A DNA stretch of 35,416 nt from an uncultured Candidatus Saccharibacteria bacterium. Lineage in GTDB: Bacteria; Patescibacteriota; Dojkabacteria; SC72. Positions 17,956 through 25,644 of this stretch are shown here, piece after piece. The stretch spans positions 1 to 35,416 of the forward strand of contig CAZIIC010000005.1 in NCBI GenBank assembly GCA_964539195.1, read 5' to 3'. Positions within the stretch are counted from its first letter, which is position 1; the number at the start of each line of letters is the position of its first letter. The position numbers and the translations under genes were made by a program. Below the pieces are notes generated by a model. That model was given only the letters and a program-made list of their open reading frames with translations. It did not search any database and was not told where the DNA came from.

Positions 17956-17964
17956 ATTTTATCA
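17956..17964 (-). promoter_or_regulatory. Extended -10 element TGATAAAAT, 7 nt upstream of the mfd ATG (leaderless-type)
   Basis: The reverse complement of attttatca is TGATAAAAT. 7 nt lie between the hexamer and the ATG at 17948. Confidence 0.4.
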
Positions 17965-17980
17965 ACAATATTAAAAACTG

Positions 17981-17986
17981 TATAAT
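17981..17986 (+). promoter_or_regulatory. -10 hexamer TATAAT, 5 nt upstream of the ATG at 17992 (leaderless-type)
   Basis: Consensus TATAAT preceded directly by TG. It lies in the 43-bp divergent spacer shared with mfd. Confidence 0.35.
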
Positions 17987-17991
17987 GAAAT

Positions 17992-19131
17992 ATGTTAATA
18001 GCTCATGGACCAATAGCAATCATTGCTACAAAACTTAGTAATGGAAGATTATTAAAAACTCTTAAGAAAAAAGAGCTTATTCTTCTATATATTTTCTCTT
18101 TCTTTCTAGGAATATTTCCAGACTTTGATATCTTTTATCTAGCTTCAGTTGGAAAACCACCATTTTTACATCATTCTCTTCTATCTCATACTCCAATTCT
18201 TTGGATTGGCATAACAATACTAGTTGCTATTGTACTTGAGTATCTTAAATGGCCAAAAACAAACACAAAGAGGAAAATAATATATATAACTATTCTGGCA
18301 AGTTCTATTTCCCATATGCTCGCAGACCTAATTGGGGGGCATATTATGTTTTTTACCCCATTCTACTCTCAATACTTAACAATATTAGGGAATATTTTTC
18401 CGGACAATTTATTTGCAGGATACTTTGCAAATCCACTCTTTGCACTTGAGATACTATTTATTTCCATCTGTCTTCTATACCTTCTATATGAATTCATTAA
18501 TCTCAAGCTATTTACCCTAATTGTTCTACCAATCGCATACTTAATATTTAACCTTTATACATATTCCTCTGTATATCAAGTTGATATTTTCAAAAAAGAG
18601 AATGGTAATCCAATATTTGATACAGATGAGGATAGACTAGCAGATTCATATGATTATGATGTCGATAATAACTTTGTTGATAATTTTAAACAGGTAACTA
18701 AAGATCAACTTATATTGGAATTTGAGAAAGTATACTCATCAACAACAATACTCCCAGCAAAGAACAGAACAATTGAGGAGCAGATTAAATATACATACGG
18801 TGGTCACACACTTTTAAGAGCAATTCTACAGGCATACGCACAAACTGGAAATTATCTAACCCCAGTTGTTTCCGATTATATGAATAGAAATAATATTGAG
18901 AGTTTCTCTAAAGCTCTATTTCCATATCTATTTTCTACTAACACTTTTAAAAAGTCTTCTGAAGTTAAAGATATTAAGCCAGGGGCTCTTGTAATTGTTA
19001 AATATTCAGATGAGGAATATTCGTTAGGTATTGTGCTAAAGAATTTGAAGCTTTTTATACAAAACGAAAATGGAGTTCCAGTTGAAATGGAAATGAAAGA
19101 TATTTCTCAAGAGTTATTTATACAAGAGTAA
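17992..19131 (+). CDS. Membrane-bound metal-dependent hydrolase (YdjM/DUF457-like) fused to an uncharacterised C-terminal soluble domain
   Basis: The N-terminal ~190 aa is polytopic, with HGP, FPDFD, HHS..SHTP and SH..AD..GGH motifs typical of DUF457. The C-terminal ~185 aa is hydrophilic and begins with an acidic D-rich segment (DTDEDRLADSYDYDVDNNFVDN). Confidence 0.6.
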   Translation: MLIAHGPIAIIATKLSNGRLLKTLKKKELILLYIFSFFLGIFPDFDIFYLASVGKPPFLHHSLLSHTPILWIGITILVAIVLEYLKWPKTNTKRKIIYITILASSISHMLADLIGGHIMFFTPFYSQYLTILGNIFPDNLFAGYFANPLFALEILFISICLLYLLYEFINLKLFTLIVLPIAYLIFNLYTYSSVYQVDIFKKENGNPIFDTDEDRLADSYDYDVDNNFVDNFKQVTKDQLILEFEKVYSSTTILPAKNRTIEEQIKYTYGGHTLLRAILQAYAQTGNYLTPVVSDYMNRNNIESFSKALFPYLFSTNTFKKSSEVKDIKPGALVIVKYSDEEYSLGIVLKNLKLFIQNENGVPVEMEMKDISQELFIQE

Positions 19132-19663
19132 TAAGTTCGGATACTGATGCTGAAATTACTTCATTCACAGTTTCTAGCTCAGCTTTACTCATTCTTTTAA
19201 TGACATAAATATCTCCAGGAATAGCGCTATTATCCACCCTATTCTCTACACCAATTCTAACTCTTAAATAGTTCTCGCTTCCTTTAATATTCTCTACACT
19301 TAATACACCATTATGTCCTTTTGGGCCTTTTCCTCTTTGTATTTTATACTCCCCCAACTTTATATCTAAATCATCATGAACAATTACCACTTCTTCAAAT
19401 TCATACTTTTCAGCAAGTTTGGATACTGCTTTTCCTGATACATTCATAAAGGTTGTTGGCTTAACAAGAAGAAAAGCTGTCTGACCATCTTTACGTATTT
19501 TACATATCTCACTAAAGAAACTATTTTCGTTCTTCCAAGCATCTACAGAGTATCCTTTTAGAATGAGTATTCTTCGTAGTTCATTTATGAATTCAAACCC
19601 CACATTATGTGGTGTATCTTTAAACTGTCTGCCAATATTTCCAAGTCCAACTATTAATTTCAT
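19118..19663 (-). CDS. pth: Peptidyl-tRNA hydrolase
   Basis: MKLIVGLGNIG..F..TPHNVGF N-terminus and GHNG motif; 181 aa. Confidence 0.93.
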   Translation of the reverse strand: MKLIVGLGNIGRQFKDTPHNVGFEFINELRRILILKGYSVDAWKNENSFFSEICKIRKDGQTAFLLVKPTTFMNVSGKAVSKLAEKYEFEEVVIVHDDLDIKLGEYKIQRGKGPKGHNGVLSVENIKGSENYLRVRIGVENRVDNSAIPGDIYVIKRMSKAELETVNEVISASVSELITLV

Positions 19664-20085
19664 ATCTTTTTCATTATATCTTTTAATATCTCTTCTTGTA
19701 ATAGGAACATGTCCTCTAAGTTCTTTTGATTAACATCTACGAATTCTGATTTATGATCATATCCATATAAATGTAATATCCCATGTACAATTAGTCTTGA
19801 AACTTCTTCTTTTAAATCTAATTCCGGTCTATTCTTCTGTATATACTCAATACACACGTATACCTCTCCTAAAAGGTCTTGAGTATTGTAATTAAAGGAA
19901 AGTACATCAGTTGGGCTATCAACATCCCTATACTCAATATTAAGCTTCAGTATGTCCTCTATACTAACAAAAACTACACTTATATTCTCAAGTTTGAATT
20001 TCTTTTCTACTGCTTTTTGGAGTATCTCAATATATTGTGACTTTTTAAGTCTAAATATTTTTGGGTATTGGTATATTTCTATCAT
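19660..20085 (-). CDS. ybeY: rRNA maturation endoribonuclease YbeY
   Basis: Zinc motif HGILHLYGYDH; 141 aa. Has an ATGA overlap with pth. Confidence 0.92.
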   Translation of the reverse strand: MIEIYQYPKIFRLKKSQYIEILQKAVEKKFKLENISVVFVSIEDILKLNIEYRDVDSPTDVLSFNYNTQDLLGEVYVCIEYIQKNRPELDLKEEVSRLIVHGILHLYGYDHKSEFVDVNQKNLEDMFLLQEEILKDIMKKI

Positions 20086-20534
20086 CAGTTAGATGATATC
20101 AATTTCTTAACTGCATTACTAACTTCACTACCATCTGCTTTTCCTTTTAACTGTCCCATCATCATTCCTATGATTTTCCCCATATCTCGAACGTTCACTT
20201 CTCCCATTTCATCTAACTGCTCTTTAACATACTTTTCAATTTCTTCTGTAGACATTAGCTGAGGAAGGAATGATTGTATAACTGAAAGCTGTAATTGTTC
20301 TTTTGATGCTAAATCTGTCCTACCATTTTCTTGGAATTGAGTGTATGCCTCTTTAAGTTTCTTTTCTTCTTTACGCAACAACATAACCAAATCTTCATCG
20401 GTTAAATCTCTTTGTACCTCAATCTTGAAATTACTAGCGGAAGCTATAGCCATCCCTAAAATATTTGCTTTATCAATTTCACCATTCTTTCTGGCTAAAA
20501 ACATCTCATTTCTAAGTGTCTCGAGTATTGGCAT
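20085..20534 (-). CDS. yqeY: GatB/YqeY domain-containing protein
   Basis: 149 aa. Pattern ...L..EM..A.K.....K...L..........E..RDLTDEDL..LL.KE.K...EA matches the YqeY family. Conserved position after rpsU. Confidence 0.8.
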   Translation of the reverse strand: MPILETLRNEMFLARKNGEIDKANILGMAIASASNFKIEVQRDLTDEDLVMLLRKEEKKLKEAYTQFQENGRTDLASKEQLQLSVIQSFLPQLMSTEEIEKYVKEQLDEMGEVNVRDMGKIIGMMMGQLKGKADGSEVSNAVKKLISSN

Positions 20535-20549
20535 TTTATTAGCGATTAA

Positions 20550-20759
20550 CTAATTTCTTGCTTTTCTTGAAGCTGATCGTCTTCGTCTCTTGGTTTTTGC
20601 CCAAGCTCTTCTCTTCTCAGATTCCAAGAATGAATCCTTGACTCTAAAGGCTTTTGACCTGTAGGTTTCAAGAATCTTTTCTCTTAGTACTTCTCTATGA
20701 AGTCTTTTAAGAGCACTATCTATGTTTTCACTTGCATGTACAATTACTGCCACAATCAA
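20550..20759 (-). CDS. rpsU: 30S ribosomal protein S21
   Basis: 69 aa. SENIDSALKRLHREV plus the basic tail KRRRRSASRKARN fit S21. The start is non-ATG (TTG at 20759; ATT or GTG just downstream are possible). An in-frame TAA 3 codons upstream limits the ORF. Confidence 0.85.
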   Translation of the reverse strand: MIVAVIVHASENIDSALKRLHREVLREKILETYRSKAFRVKDSFLESEKRRAWAKTKRRRRSASRKARN

Positions 20760-20778
20760 GTTTGATTAAGTAAATTAT

Positions 20779-20809
20779 TGCGTAGCGATTATAGCATATG
20801 GGCTACGCA
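20779..20809. repeat. GC-rich 8-bp inverted repeat (tgcgtagc / gctacgca) with a 15-nt loop, overlapping the stop codon of the upstream surface-protein gene
   Basis: 20779..20786 is perfectly complementary to 20802..20809. It is the most GC-rich stem seen in any intergenic region of the window. Confidence 0.6.
20788..20796 (-). promoter_or_regulatory. Extended -10 element TGCTATAAT for rpsU, located in the loop of the inverted repeat
   Basis: The reverse complement of attatagca is TGCTATAAT, an exact TGnTATAAT. It lies 28 nt upstream of the rpsU start. Confidence 0.45.
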
Positions 20810-22500
20810 CCTGCCACTCTATTTTCAAAATCTTCTTTTCTTTTCTTTTTTAGTCTTCCTGAAATATCAAGATCACTAAAAATCTTTCCCTCAGAGTATA
20901 GATAGATTGCGCTACCAGCAATCAAAATTATACCTAATACTACTTTTGAGGCTGTAGAATCAAACAATCCAGTTTGTGGTGCATCACAACCAACAATAGT
21001 TACTTCTGTTGTTTGAATAGCGTCCCCACTATCAGGTGTTCCTGTTACAGTATTAATATATGTTCCAAAGCTTGATTGAGGAACAACCATCGAGTATTTA
21101 AATGTTTTTGATTGACCAGGTGTGAATAATCCAAGAGCACCAGATACATCCCAGGTAAGGGTTCTTCCACTTACATCTGCGTCAGGAACAACTGTATTTT
21201 GCTGTATAAAACTACTTTTAACTTTTGCGTCTTGGGTATCAACTAAAGTAGATAATTGTCCTGCTAAATCACCTACATTCTTAATTGTAATTGTGTAATC
21301 AACTTGAGCTTTCTGAGCACCAGCTGTTTTATCAATACAAATCGAAGCGCCAGTTTTGCTAATCTCCCAATCTGGGTTTCCTTGAATATTTGATGTAATC
21401 ACTCTACTTCCCTGACACGAAGATCCAGTTATTCCTTTAGTATCTTCCCAAGTTGCGGCAAAGGTATGAGCGCCTGCAGTTGTAACTGTATATGAGTATG
21501 TCCAATCAACAACAGGCTTTCCAGCGGCGGCTACACATGCGGCATCAGTACTACCTGCAGGACATAACTTATCAGTGGCAGTTGCATTACCAACAACAAC
21601 TCCATCAACTTTAACGACAATCTTACTCTTATTAATTCCATCTGTATCATATGCATACCCACTAAACACAACAACTTCCCCTACTTCATAATCAGCACTG
21701 TTTGTTGGAGTTTTAACTCCACCACCATTACATACATTTACTCCTGGAGTCTCAGGTGTTTCAGGATTCTCTTCATTACATGGGATATACCAACTTGCAT
21801 ATCTAACGCCATCTACTCCAATAAAATCTGCCTGTACCCATCCACAATGCGAAGAAGGAAAGCTGTTTGAACATACACTACTACCATTAACTTGACTTCC
21901 GTTTTGTTGACATCCTTGGCTATTATTATTCTGAGGCATATCAGGACAATAATAGAGATTATATCCACTTGCCCCGCTAAGTGTGGCGCATCCATTAACT
22001 ATAGGTACGTTAGTATATGTAGGCTGTCCATTACCACTTTCTGGTTTGCATCCTTGAGGGTCGAAAGTATTGCACTGGTAAGCAGTAGTACAAGAATCAC
22101 CAGCGTTTGTAACATCAATACAATTACACAAATATCCAGTATTTCCATTATTATTTGTTTGACAGGTTGGCTTTGAGCCGAGTTTGCACACCGTACCCTG
22201 AGAATTATTACATCCAGTCTCACCACCCCCACCTCCACCATCACATCTATTACCACTTTCTCCACATCCACCATCCCTCCAGACACATTCATACCTAGAT
22301 CCATCGCCCTTTGCACCACCACAACCTCCACATTCCTTAGGTGATTCTGCAGCACTACAACCAGCAGCACTACTCTCTGTTGGAGCAATATTTACTTTCC
22401 CTGTTAAACTCCATAATCCAAATCCTAATCCGAAAGAAATAATTGAAAGTATTAGGAATAATAAAATCAATCCAACTGGTTTTATTCTAATCTGTGCCAT
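20803..22500 (-). CDS. Large cell-surface protein: N-terminal TM/signal, Cys/Gly-rich region, Ig-like/DUF11-like beta domains, C-terminal PQTG + TM + basic tail
   Basis: N-terminus is MAQIRIKPVGLILLFLILSIISFGLGFGLW, followed by about 20 Cys in the next ~210 aa. An ISKTG...YTITIKNVGD-type repeat domain is present. The C-terminus is GCDAPQTGLFDSTASK-VVLGIILIAGSAIYLY-...RLKKKRKED. Confidence 0.8.
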   Translation of the reverse strand: MAQIRIKPVGLILLFLILSIISFGLGFGLWSLTGKVNIAPTESSAAGCSAAESPKECGGCGGAKGDGSRYECVWRDGGCGESGNRCDGGGGGGETGCNNSQGTVCKLGSKPTCQTNNNGNTGYLCNCIDVTNAGDSCTTAYQCNTFDPQGCKPESGNGQPTYTNVPIVNGCATLSGASGYNLYYCPDMPQNNNSQGCQQNGSQVNGSSVCSNSFPSSHCGWVQADFIGVDGVRYASWYIPCNEENPETPETPGVNVCNGGGVKTPTNSADYEVGEVVVFSGYAYDTDGINKSKIVVKVDGVVVGNATATDKLCPAGSTDAACVAAAGKPVVDWTYSYTVTTAGAHTFAATWEDTKGITGSSCQGSRVITSNIQGNPDWEISKTGASICIDKTAGAQKAQVDYTITIKNVGDLAGQLSTLVDTQDAKVKSSFIQQNTVVPDADVSGRTLTWDVSGALGLFTPGQSKTFKYSMVVPQSSFGTYINTVTGTPDSGDAIQTTEVTIVGCDAPQTGLFDSTASKVVLGIILIAGSAIYLYSEGKIFSDLDISGRLKKKRKEDFENRVAGA

Positions 22501-22501
22501 A

Positions 22502-23095
22502 TTATTTTCTTACAACTGATTTCATAATTTCATCTAATCTCTCTAGGTCTGTGCTACTCATTGCTTTATAATAAAAACCATTTGAACTATCATATCTAAA
22601 TACACCTGCTTTATCTGCACTAACATTTTCTGCGATTACCCAATACTCACCTTCTGTTGAATTTGATTTACTTGTATCTAAATATCTTGCAAATCTAACT
22701 AAATCAGTAATATATTCACATTTTTTATTATTTCCTTTTGTACCCTGAGCATCACTTTCATCACATATTACCTGTGTACCACTTTTACTACTTCTCTCAA
22801 AACCAAAAACAGACCCTTCTTCGTTCACTAATCTGAAATAGCTAGTTGAATCTGAATCTTGTAATTTAGCTTCTATTACTTTGAAATCTCCTGGATATTT
22901 TAATTCAATATTAACATCTGAATTGGTATAAGTTTTTGTTTCTTTAGGATCTCCTTTTACTCTAACTACAGGTGCCTTTACTTTTTCTGCTTCCTGAATA
23001 TCTAAATACCTACCTAAGTAGTATCCACCAACACCCATACCTATTACTAGAAGAATTCCTAAAACGAGGAGAATTGTACTACCAGACTTTTCCAT
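22502..23095 (-). CDS. Hypothetical N-terminally membrane-anchored protein (197 aa)
   Basis: The TM is STILLVLGILLVIGMGVGGYYLG, followed by a soluble domain with no recognisable motif. Its stop is 1 nt from the start of the Cys-rich surface-protein gene. Confidence 0.7.
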   Translation of the reverse strand: MEKSGSTILLVLGILLVIGMGVGGYYLGRYLDIQEAEKVKAPVVRVKGDPKETKTYTNSDVNIELKYPGDFKVIEAKLQDSDSTSYFRLVNEEGSVFGFERSSKSGTQVICDESDAQGTKGNNKKCEYITDLVRFARYLDTSKSNSTEGEYWVIAENVSADKAGVFRYDSSNGFYYKAMSSTDLERLDEIMKSVVRK

Positions 23096-23159
23096 ATTTT
23101 CTGTATGTATTTATATATATACAGATTAATCAATTAACAGGAATATGTAAAGAGGTATA

Positions 23160-24299
23160 CTACTTAAATATCTCTTTCATAGATTCAAAGTACACTACAT
23201 CTTTAACCATTATTGCTACCATCAAAAGCATTAAGAGGATAAAGCTAACATTTATCAAAATATTTTCTAATTTGGGATTTATTGGTTTTCTAGTAATCAG
23301 CTCAGGAATTGTTAACAATATTCTACCTCCATCAAGCGCTGGAATTGGTAGAAGATTCATGAACGCTAATACTAAACTCAAATCAGCCATCAAACCTAGA
23401 ATAGATGTAAGTCCGAATTGTTTTACATAATCAATTGCAAGATATATCCCTACAGGACCAGAAACAGTATTAACAGCAGTAGAATAGTCACCACTCTGCT
23501 TTGCTTCAGAAAAAATATTACCAAGAGTACCAAACATAATTCTAATCATATTCACTCCATGTGAAAATCCACTCAATATTTTGTTATCAGCATAGGAAAC
23601 TGCATATATATAGTTTGAAACAAGCGAAATACCTATCTTTCCTTCACTACTAACCTGAACATTGTAATCTTTACACTCGGAATCGCATATATTCATTATA
23701 ACTTCCCTACCCTTATATTCACCTAGCTTCTTAGGAATTTCAAATGAATACTCTATATTACTATCCCCTATTTTCTTAATCTCTCCTTTTTCGGGAAGAC
23801 TTGCTTTCTTAGCATTCCCATCGGTTACCAATGCAGAATACTCAACTTTTTCATCTAATTTCTCCAAGATTACTTTTCCTCCAAGAGGTTTAAAATCTGA
23901 ATTTGCCTCTGGAAGGTAGAATTTGAATCCAGAAAGTGAAAATAGTGATATGTATAGAATCGAAGCAAGTAGAAAGTTCATAACTACACCAGCAATCATT
24001 ACAGCAATTCTTTGAAGTGGCGTTTTATTCTTTAAACTTCTAGGATCATTATCTCCTTCTTTTTCGTTCTCGCCTAAAATCTTTACATATCCACCAAGTG
24101 GTAAAAGATTTATTTTATACTCTGTCTCACCTATTTTCTTTCCCCATATCTTCCATCCAAGCCCTAATGCAAACTCTTCAACTTTAGCACCAACAAGTCT
24201 TGCTACAATATAGTGTCCTAATTCATGTATAAATACTAAAACGCCTAGTGTTAGTATAAATAATCCAAAAGTACTAATTGTAGATAATATTTCTTGCAT
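23160..24299 (-). CDS. rseP: RIP zinc metalloprotease RseP (site-2 protease, M50 with PDZ)
   Basis: HELGHYIVARLVG (HExxH), a central PDZ-like insert, and NLLPIPALDGGRIL. Conserved position after frr. Confidence 0.9.
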   Translation of the reverse strand: MQEILSTISTFGLFILTLGVLVFIHELGHYIVARLVGAKVEEFALGLGWKIWGKKIGETEYKINLLPLGGYVKILGENEKEGDNDPRSLKNKTPLQRIAVMIAGVVMNFLLASILYISLFSLSGFKFYLPEANSDFKPLGGKVILEKLDEKVEYSALVTDGNAKKASLPEKGEIKKIGDSNIEYSFEIPKKLGEYKGREVIMNICDSECKDYNVQVSSEGKIGISLVSNYIYAVSYADNKILSGFSHGVNMIRIMFGTLGNIFSEAKQSGDYSTAVNTVSGPVGIYLAIDYVKQFGLTSILGLMADLSLVLAFMNLLPIPALDGGRILLTIPELITRKPINPKLENILINVSFILLMLLMVAIMVKDVVYFESMKEIFK

Positions 24300-24314
24300 G
24301 GCAGTAGCTAAATT

Positions 24315-24860
24315 TTAAACAGTAAGTAGATCAGTTTCCTTATTCTTTCGGATCTCTTCAATCTTTTCATTTGTACTCTTTACATACTTCTCAACTTCTT
24401 CCTTTAATCTCTTTCCCTCATCTTCTGGAAGACCGTTTTTAACACTATCATCAATTTCTTTCATAGCCTCTTGTCTAACATTTCTAACAGAGATTCTTGA
24501 ATGCTCAACCTTTTCTTTCATAACTTTTACATATTGTTCTCTTCTCTCTTGAGTTAAGTCAGGAATTTTAATTCTAACCGAATCACCTTCAACTGAAGGT
24601 AAAAATCCAAGATTAGCAGCATTTACTGCCTTAACAATATTTTCTTTTAATCCTTTATCCCAAGGGGTAACGATAAGTGATTTTGAATCAGAAACAGAAA
24701 TTCCTGCCACATTTTTAAGTGGGTTGTCCATTCCATATGCCTCAACCTTGATACCCTCAACAAGCGCAGGATTTGCTCTACCCGTATGAATATTTGCTAG
24801 CTCTTCTATAAGAAAATTCACACAATTATCAACATTCTTTTTGAATGTATTTAAATCCAT
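24315..24860 (-). CDS. frr: Ribosome recycling factor
   Basis: 181 aa. GRANPALVEGIKVEAYG and PDLTQERREQYVK are typical RRF motifs. Confidence 0.93.
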   Translation of the reverse strand: MDLNTFKKNVDNCVNFLIEELANIHTGRANPALVEGIKVEAYGMDNPLKNVAGISVSDSKSLIVTPWDKGLKENIVKAVNAANLGFLPSVEGDSVRIKIPDLTQERREQYVKVMKEKVEHSRISVRNVRQEAMKEIDDSVKNGLPEDEGKRLKEEVEKYVKSTNEKIEEIRKNKETDLLTV

Positions 24861-24909
24861 ATTTATGAAAAATATAAAATTAATCTAAAGATATTGTACA
24901 GTATATTTA

Positions 24910-25623
24910 CTACTTGCCCAACTCCCAGTATGTAATTCTTCGAACAACCAATGGCTCACCCATCTTTGCTACGGCGTCATCAAATAGACTTCGGATTGTT
25001 TTAGATTCGTCTTTAAACCACTTCTGTTCCATTAAACAGTTCTCAGAATAGAACTTGTTAAGTTTTCCTTCAACAATCTTTTCTGCAATATTTGCAGGCT
25101 TACCTTCTTGTTCAACTTCTTTTAAGAAAAGAGCTTTCATCTCTTCAACCTTTTGAGCTGGCATATCTTCTTTTGAAACATAAGTAGGTTTTGAAGCAGC
25201 TACTTGAAGAGTTAACTCATGTACAAATGCTCTAAACTGATCATTTTTTGCTACAAAGTCAGTCTTTGTAATTACTTCAACAGCAGCAAATAGCTTTCTT
25301 TCACTTCCGTGTAGATATACATCAATAACACCTTCTTTTGAACCTTCATCTTCAGCACCAATTGGGCTATCCCAACCTCGTTCTTTAATTAACTCAACTG
25401 CTTTTTCAAAGTCATGAGCAGCATCTTCATACGCAATCTTACAAAGTCCAATTTTTGCTCCAGTTAAATCTCTTAATCGACTAACAACATCACTTCTTTG
25501 GTTAATATATTCAATTGCTTTAGACATATCACCATCTGAAGCTTCAAGTGCTTCTTTACAAAGTGCCATACCGGCAGATGTTTTTTCTCTTAATTGTTTA
25601 ATTGCGTCTAGTGATACTCCCAT
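24910..25623 (-). CDS. tsf: Elongation factor Ts (short form)
   Basis: UBA-like N-terminus IKQLREKTSAGMALCKEAL...GDMSKAIEY. Sits in the rpsB-tsf synteny. Confidence 0.9.
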   Translation of the reverse strand: MGVSLDAIKQLREKTSAGMALCKEALEASDGDMSKAIEYINQRSDVVSRLRDLTGAKIGLCKIAYEDAAHDFEKAVELIKERGWDSPIGAEDEGSKEGVIDVYLHGSERKLFAAVEVITKTDFVAKNDQFRAFVHELTLQVAASKPTYVSKEDMPAQKVEEMKALFLKEVEQEGKPANIAEKIVEGKLNKFYSENCLMEQKWFKDESKTIRSLFDDAVAKMGEPLVVRRITYWELGK

Positions 25624-25644
25624 GACTTTTACTTTCTTAAATTA

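Noticed and set aside
22190-22340. Locally GC-rich patch (runs such as ccacccccacctccaccatcaca) as possible foreign DNA or a simple repeat.
   Set aside because: It lies in frame within the surface-protein gene and simply encodes the Gly/Cys-rich stretch (DGGGGGGETGC...). There are no flanking mobility genes or direct repeats.
23100-23125. AT-rich palindrome tctgtat...atacaga between rseP and the downstream hypothetical gene as a terminator or operator.
   Set aside because: The stem is weak, the interior is (TA)n-like, and there is no U-tract. Such palindromes are expected in TA-rich spacers.
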